From the NCBI GenBank assembly GCA_905250055.1, contig CAJNOF010003188.1, positions 1 to 11,169 of the forward strand: a stretch of 11,169 nucleotides of DNA, given 5' to 3'. The notes beneath the pieces are model-generated. The model had not been told where the DNA came from. It ran no database searches and saw only the letters and a list, made by a program, of their open reading frames with translations. A program made the position numbers and the translations under genes. The stretch's first letter is position 1. Each line of letters begins with the position of its first letter. Shown here piece after piece: positions 1 to 7,449 of this stretch. The DNA comes from Rotaria sp. (Eukaryota).

Positions 1-478
1 TTTATACGATTTCTAGTATAATTTTTTTTTCTGATGTGATGATGTGAACCAGATGTCGCGACTGGTACTGCATAATATAGTCAATTGGTGATTCTCGCCA
101 CACTCGTTTTCGTCAGAATATACACTACATAAGCTCTTTTTTTCCTATATATTTTATTATAATGGTTAACTTTGTTATTAATTTCTTCTCTCTACGCACT
201 TATAGCTTCACAAAAAAAAACGAAGGTTTCATTCTGTTCTTCTCTATAATTTATCTTCTTTTTCTCTTATTTGTTATTATTGTCGATCACATGCACATGA
301 ACTAGTCGAAAAGAAGGTTATCTTTTAAAACTGTTTCATGATGATTATCGCGTTCAACATATTTTCTTTCGTCTACCTTTTTTTTGTGATTCATGTAAAT
401 TTCATCATGGTCGAGAGTATGTTGTTTATTGAAAATCTATTTCATAAAAAATTCTTTTTTTTTAAAATTTTTATATAG

Positions 479-789
479 ATGGTTTGTTATTAAACATACC
501 TATATAAAATATATATGGCCTGATACATATGAAGTACGTTTTACAATGTTAGTAGATCGTGCTTTTGAAATTTTACCTGGTTTTCAAAATACTCGTACAT
601 ATAATGGTATTAAAATAAAAAATTTACAACGTATATTAGTTATTAAATATCGAAATACACGTGATTCAGAGGAATGGACACAGCATTTATTAAATTTAAC
701 TAATCAAGCAAAAGATTTTATAAGTACAACAGCGCAGCAAGTTGTTTTAATTTATTTGCACTAGTACAAAAACAACAATTAGCTTATTG
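479..789 (+). other. PLD pseudogene exon 1 (PH-domain portion)
   Basis: Polypyrimidine tract and 'ttatatag' acceptor at 471-478. PH-like frame runs to ~740, then shifts frame. Ends before 'gtaaaaac' at 790. Confidence 0.7.
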
Positions 790-842
790 GTAAAAACAAG
801 ATTATTATTTATTAACATTTAAATTTTAATATATGTCTATAG
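790..842 (+). other. intron (53 bp)
   Basis: gtaaaaac...tctatag; joins QLAYW to FINGKSYMKAV as in PLD proteins. Confidence 0.7.
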
Positions 843-1002
843 ATTTATTAATGGTAAATCATATATGAAAGCCGTAGCTAAAGCTCTTTTAATAGCTAAA
901 GAAGTTTTTATTACTTATTGGTGGTTTTCATGAGAAATAGTGTTAATAAGACCAACAGATGATGAAACATTTCGAGTTGATAATTTATGAGGAAAACTAG
1001 CT

Positions 1003-1056
1003 GTAAGATTTTTATTTTTATTTAATATAATTAAATAATTTTTATTTAAATAGTAG
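1003..1056 (+). other. intron (54 bp)
   Basis: gtaagattt...aaatagtag; joins GKLA to DEDVRVYVMIFKE in frame. Confidence 0.8.
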
Positions 1057-1173
1057 GATGAAGATGTTCGCGTATATGTAATGATTTTTAAAGAAGATTC
1101 ATTTGCTATAGGTTTAAATAGTTTATATACAAAACGAATATTAATTGGTAAAAGTGAAAACGGATTTATTAAA

Positions 1174-1240
1174 GTCAGTTGAAAATTTTAATGAAATATA
1201 ATTTGATGGATTCTTCTTTTTTTTTTAAATGATCTCTAAG
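1174..1240 (+). other. intron (67 bp), weakened donor GTCAGT
   Basis: gtcagttg...gatctctaag; joins ENGFIK to VICHTDHYPASGVFLW. Confidence 0.6.
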
Positions 1241-1789
1241 GTAATTTGTCATACTGATCATTATCCAGCAAGTGGAGTTTTCTTATGGTCTCATCATGAA
1301 AAAAACAGTTATTATCGATCAAAAAATTGCATTTGTCGTTAGAATTTATCTATGCTTCGCTCGTTGGGATTTCGATTGTATGCGGTGAGCTGAATGGAAA
1401 ATTCGAAATTATTTTCTTTTTAATAACTTTAGAAAATCTGTTTTGTGTGTAATTGTTTGCAGGATTGAAATAGAAAAAACTGTGAAGTCTTGTTTTTTTA
1501 TCTGTAAGTTAGTATTGAAAAATAGAAAGAAAGAAATTGAGATCTCGGATAAGCTTGATTTTTGCGAATATTTATTAGGTCTTTTTAGTATCCTTATCAA
1601 TTTGGATGATGAAATGTGGAAAAACTAAAAATGCTATTAGAAATAGCTGCAGAAAAGGAAATAACATGTAGTAAAGAAAGTGGGTGAAAAGCCTCCGAAG
1701 ATCACAAATAGTCTTTCTCATTTGTTCGACACTTTCATCCTGATTTTTGTACTTCATTGAATAATTTTTGTTTAATTTAGGTTAATGTC

Positions 1790-2101
1790 TTCTTGCTAAT
1801 CGATCCACGATGTTCTGTTGATTTCTTCTCGTATTGACATGTGTTTGTTTTGTTTCTTTACTCGAATAAACACTTTCTCTCTTTTTAGTTTGTGTTTTTC
1901 TGTTGATTCATACGTTTATTGTTTTACATTCTCATAGCTTTTTACCTCGATTTTTTTTAATTATTCATCCGACAATTGTTTCATGTTTCTAGATTCATTC
2001 AGCTTTTCATCGGTTTTTTTTATCTGTCGCTTTATTGTCGGTATGTTTCAATTATTCTGTTGCGAATTATTCATCTTTCTTTTTAGTTCTTCGTCATTCA
2101 T
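1790..2101 (-). pseudogene. possible degenerate coiled-coil / charged coding remnant
   Basis: Minus-strand frame from ATG at 2101: MNDEELKRKMNNSQQNN*NIPTIKRQIKKTDEKLNESRNMKQLSDE*LKKIEVKSYENVKQ*TYESTEKHKLKREKVFIRVKKQNKHMSIREEINRTSWID*. Highly charged and heptad-like, with scattered stops (some compatible with CAA->TAA). Confidence 0.3.
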
Positions 2102-2198
2102 TTGATCGTGTTTGCTCATCTTTATCCATTTGATCATATTCGTTCGTATCAAACTTTTCCTTCCATTCATATTTGATAAATTTTATTTATTTAGAAAC

Positions 2199-2275
2199 AT
2201 GGCTAATTCATCAACATTCATTAGCGTTGGTTTTGAAGGTTCAACAACAAATAACAATATTCAATTTCACTTAAA
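2199..2275 (+). CDS. truncated 5' end of an unidentified ORF running into a TGTGGG array
   Basis: ATG at 2199: MANSSTFISVGFEGSTTNNNIQFHLN, then G/V repeat translation. Not recognised by family. Confidence 0.25.
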
Positions 2276-2306
2276 TGTGGGTGTGGGTGTGGGGTCTGGG
2301 TGTAGG
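2276..2306 (+). repeat. short telomere-like array (TGTGGG)n, about 5 units, G-rich on +
   Basis: TGTGGG TGTGGG TGTGGGG TCTGGG TGTAGG read directly. Confidence 0.85.
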
Positions 2307-2323
2307 CAATGAGAAGAATCACA

Positions 2324-2501
2324 TCCCGTACCCACACCCACACCCGCAGCCACACCCACACCCATACCCACACCCACCCACACCCACACCCACATCCACC
2401 CACACCCATACCCACACCCACACCCACACACCCACCCACACCCACACACCCACCCACACCCACCCACACCCCACACCCATACCCACCCACACCCACACCC
2501 C
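2324..2501 (-). repeat. degenerate (CCCACA)n = (TGTGGG)n on the - strand, about 178 bp
   Basis: cccgtacccacacccacacccgcagccacacccacacccatacccacacccacc...cccacacccacacccc, with CCCATA/CCCACC variants. Confidence 0.9.
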
Positions 2502-2502
2502 A

Positions 2503-3628
2503 ATATTTATCATGTTTAGAAATTTTTATTATAGAACATATTGGATTATTAATTAATTTATTATTATTTGCTAATAAATAAACGAATGAAGTTGCACCAT
2601 TTCCTAATCCCATTTTAATATGAAATATATCATCATATAAATAGTCATCAGTATTTATATTTAATGTTGTGTATCCATAAAAGTTCGTATCCATTGTTAA
2701 AAAGTTTATAAACATTTTCAGTGTTGCTTCATTAAAATATCTTGTTGGTGCACTTGTATTTATTTGATTAACAAATGATGATAGTAATGTTTTAGGTGAA
2801 CCATCAAACATTTGGAAGTATTGACTTTGATAATAAACAATCGATGTATCATTTTCCTGCTTAGCACAATAAAATCTTATACTGTTAATATTTGTTATAA
2901 AACCATAGACTTTGCCACGTTGTTGTATTTGTAATATATGAGTCATATAATGCAACAATTGTCCAACTGCTTTCGGTGCATCAATAGGCTTTCTTGATGA
3001 TTTTAGTTCACCAACACAAACTACAAAATGTTGTAAAGATTCATGTTCATCTTCTGGATAGATATTAACATTTTTGTATATAAAGCTACAATAAGGAGCT
3101 TTACCCTTTAAATACTTTCTTTTACATGTATTTAAATACTTCAATGATGTTGAATTATTATTGAGAAAATAAATCAATTAATAATTGATTAAGTGTATTT
3201 TGAATTTGATCTTCTAATATATTCTTAATTGATTTCAAATGATCAAAATTATTTTTAATAACATTTATCATATCTTCATTAACATCATTATAATTATTTA
3301 ATAAATTTGTAATATCGAACGAATCAAGATTTTCTTTTACACATAATTCGTAAAAACCATCATTATGTATTAATGAATCCAAAACTTCACTACTTAATGT
3401 AATACATTCTTTAGGATCTATTTTCATTCGTTTTCTGTCTTCGGCTTCTTCTCTTTTTCTTTTTTCATTTGCAAGCCGTAACTGTTCTGTTTTTTCTTTT
3501 TCAATGACTACATCGTGTGCTTTTGATTTTTCTGTTGCTTGTTCAATTTCTTTGTTTGTTTGTACAATTTGTAGTATTAGTTCCAATTGTTCCACACTGA
3601 GTCCCGCATAAGAAATATCCGTAGCCAT
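2503..3628 (-). pseudogene. coiled-coil + PD-(D/E)XK nuclease-like + protein-kinase-like N-lobe protein (Crinkler/CRN-like effector architecture), frameshifted and 3'-truncated
   Basis: ORF 3628->3158 (MATDISYAGLSVEQLELILQIVQTNKEIEQATEK...ANEKRKREEAEDRKRMK) continues after a frameshift near 3165 into ORF 3177->2221. Motifs: 'VVCVGELKSSRKPIDAPKAVGQLLHYM' (E-x-K ... GQ) and 'FHIKMGLGNGATSFVYLL...CSIIKISKHDKY' (glycine-rich loop plus lysine strand). The frame then enters GVGVGG repeat translation. Confidence 0.7.
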
Positions 3629-4200
3629 AATTTTGTTAATTATTAATTTGTTATTTATCTATAAAATGAAAAAAAAAAATTCTTGATGAAGTTTATGAAA
3701 TTAGATATAAGATTGAGATAAGTTCGATACATCTGCAAGTAGAAACAAAGTGACCATTGTTTAAAAGATATCGTTTTATTCTAGGGTTGAGATAAGCTGC
3801 ACCCACTGGCATGTACAGACAAAAATCGCCATTGCATCAAAATGATGTATAGCCTCCAAAATCTGAAAGAGGGTGTTTCATATCACTTTTTGAATTCACA
3901 AGTGCATTTCTATATCATAGTGAAAAAAGAGAAAACATTTGTAAAAATGTTCAAATTATTATGAATTTAATGCGATAAAAATCATAATATATAATAAAAA
4001 TTTGAAAAAAGCAACAAAAACTAAAGACTATATTCATATCACATGCAAAGAAAGTTGATGGTCTATTCGATCGTTTTCAAAAAACGATTTGCTTCATTCG
4101 TTGAGTCAATTGCCAAGTAAACAAAACCATCAAGAATAACGTAATCAGGCTGTGTATGGTCACGCCACTATTACACTGACACATAATGTTGAGCTTTTTG

Positions 4201-4243
4201 GTGTGGGTATGGGCGTGAATCATTTCTTCACATACCCTCACAC
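4201..4243. repeat. short inverted repeat of TGTGGG-like sequence
   Basis: GTGTGGGTATG (4201-4211) opposed by CATACCCTCACAC (4231-4243). Confidence 0.5.
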
Positions 4244-5207
4244 ACAGACTTACACCCTCTTTTAGAAAAGTGAATCTTGACGAATTCGAAATCGGGCAAT
4301 AGCTCAAATCTTACTTTAAACCAAAGGGTCCGAATGAGTAAAGAACGTGAAAGAAAAAGAAAATTCTTTTGCGACGTTCTTATTTGTTGAGGTGAAAAGT
4401 TGAACTTTAGTATGCTGATCTTATTCTTCACTTTTATTTTTTATACACGCTCAGCCCTTTGCTGTCACGAGCTGATCTTTTCTTCTTGATTTATAATGGA
4501 AACAACATTCTCTATTCAATTTTATCTGGAAGTCAGATTCATTGATGTAAGAGTTCAAATGCATGGTTCAAATTACAAGTACATCAAAATTCGATCCAAC
4601 AATATCGGCTTTTGACTTGAGTTCGTTCTCAATCGTTTTTGGAGGTCACAAATCGACGACATTCGCAAATGCATTATATGGAAGAATAAAATCCATTTGC
4701 CTTTGTCAATTATGATTTCTCTCGAAAGGAGCAAATTGAAGAAATTTCTAGTTGATTTGCATCTACTTGACGAGGAATTTATCATCAATATACTGTGAAT
4801 TCAGTTCAACAAACAGCTTTCCGTTTGCTTAATGCAGTGTGTCGCTGCATAAACTCTGTTGTAGGTATTGATTAAAACTGTATATGAGTACGCTACCCAG
4901 ATAGTTCAGGAAACGCTGTTCTGCCATTAAAACGATGATATATTGACCAAATGACGCGTTTATCCCAAAAAACGATTTTGTATGTCATAAAGTAATATTA
5001 TGTTCTTGTCGTTTAAACTTCGAATTGTAAATGTCATAAATAGTGATTCGTTGACGTTAAAACCATAATTTTTCATTATTTCATCTATTGTAAACGATTC
5101 TTTACTTGAAAAAAAGGTTTAATATTCAAGAATCATCTTCGTCTTGCTTGTAACTTGACCATTCATCTAATTTTATTAATTTGATGATGGACAATACACG
5201 TTCGTTC

Positions 5208-5539
5208 TTTTTCTCAATATCTCAATACATTCCAATGAGTAGGTCTCATTTTGTTTTCGAAAAAGCGTAAGTTAAATCTTTAACAAGTTAAAATATTTAT
5301 TTAAAGAAATGAAAGTTCGGCATCTATATAACATAAGACATGAGTATAAGTCTTTTCTACAAACTTTTCTTTTTGTTTTGATATTTGTTCAAAAGACTTC
5401 TACTCATACCTTATGTTTTAAAGATGCATGAACTTTCATTTCTTTAAATAAATATTTGAACTTGTTGAAAATTTAACTTCTGCTTTTTCGAAAACAAAAT
5501 GAGGCCTACTCATTAGAATGCGTTTAGATATTACAAAAA
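5208..5539. mobile_element. long imperfect hairpin / foldback MITE-like element, arms about 156 bp, loop about 20 nt
   Basis: Left arm 5208-5363 (AATGAGTAGGTCTCATTTTGTTTTCGAAAAAGCG...AAATATTTATTTAAAGAAATGAAAGTTC...GAGTATAAGTCTTTTCTACAAA) matches the reverse complement of 5384-5539 (AATGAGTAGGCCTCATTTTGTTTTCGAAAAGCAG...AAATATTTATTTAAAGAAATGAAAGTTCATGCATC...GAGTAGAAGTCTTTTGAACAAA). Confidence 0.85.
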
Positions 5540-5583
5540 CCTGAGTACACTCTTTCTTCTGACACATCGATCGTTTTTTAAAG

Positions 5584-6319
5584 TTTTTGTGTACTCAAAA
5601 AGTGAGTACACTCTAGAATCGGTCAGTATGTGCGGCCGGCCGGCCGTTTACACGATAACTTTCGAAAGGAGAGTCCGATCACGATGAAATTTTCTACACA
5701 GTTCAGCCTTTACCATATCTCGATCGAGTTCGAAGATGAGAAGGTTCGGCCGAGCCGTTCCTGAGTTATTGCAATAATACCCATTTTTCCCTATAGCTTC
5801 CTATGGAAAAATCGACCCATCGCCGCTTTCGTAAAAGACTTTTCCTATCATAGTCAATTAAAACCCCAACTATTATATACCATTCGATAGAGAATTTCAA
5901 GAGCTACAAAATGATATATAAGACATGAGTAAACAGGAAGATTATCTCACTCATCGCAAAGATAAATAGGGAAGAATCAGTTCTGCTTTTGTGCACGCTC
6001 TAATTGATCACCAATTAGAGCTCTATATTTCGACCATAGAGATGATAATCGAAGGTTTTCTGGGGCGGAGAACTAGAATCTGCACTAAACTTGGTTCGAA
6101 GCCCCATTGGTTGAGTATTGACCAATAGAAATCATGTTATAGGAAAAACGACTTTCTGAGGCTAAATAAAGCCGAACAGGTGAAATTTGAGCTGTATACG
6201 CTCTTAAGTCCTACGGTTAAACAGTAGGCAATGGAATTCAAGGGTTTATAGAAAAGGTTTGCCACGCAAATTTTTATATCCAGGCATTCTAGGATGACCG
6301 ATTTGTCTCATTCACCTTT
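5584..6319 (+). repeat. long direct repeat, copy A (~0.73 kb)
   Basis: Starts TTTTTGTGTACTCAAAAAGTGAGTACACTCTAGAATCGGTCAGTATGTGCGGCCGGCCGGCCGTTTACACGATAACTTTCGAAAGGAGAGTCCGAT. Ends CATTCTAGGATGACCGATTTGTCTCATTCACCTTTT. Confidence 0.9.
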
Positions 6320-6370
6320 TCCGATACCGATATTGACCTATTCCGAGAGGGGGGCCTGTTTAAGTACCTT

Positions 6371-6676
6371 TACGTCTTTAAGTCCTATATTAGGGGGGGG
6401 GGGGGTATCGTTATGTCCTCAAGTCCTGTACTATAGGGTGCCTTTAGGTCCTCAAGTCCTATTCTATAAGGGTACCCTTAGGTCCTCAAGTCCTATATTG
6501 TGAGGGTGCCTTTAGGACCTCAAGTCCTCTATTGGGAGAGTGCTTTTAGGACCTCAAGTCCTATATTATGAGGGTACCCTTAGGTCCTCAAGTCCTATAT
6601 TATACGGGTACCCTTAAGTCCTCAAGTCCTATATTGTGAGAGTGCTCTTAGGTCCTCAAGTCCTATATTATGAGGA
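6371..6676 (+). repeat. 34-bp tandem repeat array, 8 recognisable units from 6415 (last partial) plus a degenerate leading unit with a G13 homopolymer
   Basis: Consensus GTCCTCAAGTCCTATATTRTGAGGGTRCCCTTAG. Unit starts at 6415, 6448, 6482, 6516, 6550, 6584, 6618 and 6652. Confidence 0.92.
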
Positions 6677-6691
6677 CCCAATTATCTTCAC

Positions 6692-7414
6692 TTTTTGTGT
6701 ACTCAAAAAGTGAGTACACTCTAGAATCGGTCAGTATGTCCGGCCGGCCGTTTACACGATAACTTTTGAAAGGAGAGTCCGATTCCGATGAAATTTTCTA
6801 CACAGTTTAGTCTCAACAATATCTCGGTCGAGTTCGAAGGTAAGAAGGATTGGCCGAGCCGTTCCTGAGTTATTGCAAAAATACTCATTTTCCCCTATGG
6901 CTTCCTATAGGAAAATAGACCTATCACCACATTCGTAAAACACTTTCCCTATCATAGTCAAATGAAACCTCAACTATTATACACCGTTCGATAGAGAATT
7001 TCACGAGCTACAGAATAGTATATAAAACATAAAGAAGTATAACTCATCTATTGCAAGGGTAATTAAACGACAATTGGTTCTGTTTGTGTTCACACTCTAA
7101 TTGATCGACAATTAGAGCTCTGTCTTTCTATCATAGAGATGACAGTTCGAGGTTTTTTGGGTCGAAGAACTCCAATCTGAGCTCCGTTTGCCTCGAAATC
7201 CTATTGGTTGAGCAGTAACCAATAGAAATCAAGTTATCGGAAAAACGACTTTCCTAAGGTAAATCAAGGCGAAGAGTTCAAATCTGAGCTGTATTCATCC
7301 GTAAATCCTAGTGGTTGAGCAGTAGCCAAAAAATCAACTATTTATAGAAAATGTTTGCCAGGATAATTTTTATGCCCACACATTCTAGGATGACTAATCA
7401 GTCTCATTCACTTT
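6692..7414 (+). repeat. long direct repeat, copy B (~0.72 kb)
   Basis: Starts TTTTTGTGTACTCAAAAAGTGAGTACACTCTAGAATCGGTCAGTATGTCCGGCCGGCCGTTTACACGATAACTTTTGAAAGGAGAGTCCGAT. Ends CATTCTAGGATGACTAATCAGTCTCATTCACTTTTT. Confidence 0.9.
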
Positions 7415-7431
7415 TTGAGGTACACATAACT

Positions 7432-7449
7432 CTCGGATTTAAATCCGAG
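7432..7449. repeat. 18-bp perfect palindrome CTCGGATTTAAATCCGAG
   Basis: Read directly. Confidence 0.9.

Larger units (their letters stand above)
479..1391 (+). pseudogene. Phospholipase D (PLD1/2-like) fragment: PH-domain tail plus first HKD catalytic region, degenerate
   Basis: Spliced conceptual translation: 'RWFVIKHTYIKYIWPDTYEVRFTMLVDRAFEI..NGIKIKNLQRILVIKYRNTRDSEEWTQHLLNL' (PLD PH-domain pattern), then 'CFNLFALVQKQQLAYW/FINGKSYMKAVAKALLIAKEVFITYWWFS*EIVLIRPTDDETFRVDNL*GKLA/DEDVRVYVMIFKEDSFAIGLNSLYTKRILIG', then 'VICHTDHYPASGVFLWSHHEK(fs)TVIIDQKIAFVVRIYLCFARWD'. This matches PLD 'ITDWWLSPE..LKRP', 'YTKR' and 'HxKxxxxD' motifs. In-frame TGA codons occur at the P of 'SPE' and at 'NL*GK'. 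A frameshift lies near 741-748 and a +1 in the A-run at 1299-1305. Confidence 0.87.

Noticed and set aside
429-478. N-terminal part of the supplied 429..764 ORF (MKIYFIKNSFFLKFLY)
   Set aside because: It corresponds to AT-rich intron sequence with a polypyrimidine tract and AG acceptor before the PLD homology, so it is not part of the protein.
1409-1757. Three ~60-aa ORFs on both strands
   Set aside because: Short, overlapping and compositionally biased, with no recognisable motif; compatible with chance.
479-2101. Alternative genetic code explaining in-frame stops
   Set aside because: TGA, TAA and TAG all interrupt the frames and real frameshifts are also present. The stops in PLD replace P and L, so pseudogenisation is simpler.
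2267-2590. Multiple overlapping ORFs encoding poly G/V/W and poly H/T/P
   Set aside because: They are translations of the hexamer array in several frames on both strands, with no independent coding support.
4077-4431. ORFs of 76 and 67 aa on the - strand
   Set aside because: No recognisable family. One contains HTHTHT from the GTGTGGG-like motif.
4573-4788. 71-aa - strand ORF
   Set aside because: No identifiable motif or periodicity support; possibly a transposon remnant but unsupported.
6294-6503. 69-aa ORF MTDLSHSPFPIPILTYSERGACLSTF...
   Set aside because: It reads across the repeat A edge, poly-G and minisatellite. Apparent repetition comes from DNA repeats.
6371-6676. Possible CRISPR array
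   Set aside because: 34-bp units are directly contiguous with no unique spacers, and the context is eukaryotic. It is a minisatellite.
5584-7414. Complete LTR retrotransposon with copies A and B as LTRs
   Set aside because: Only ~370 bp separates the copies, it is minisatellite, and no gag/pol coding is present. Kept only as a weak alternative.
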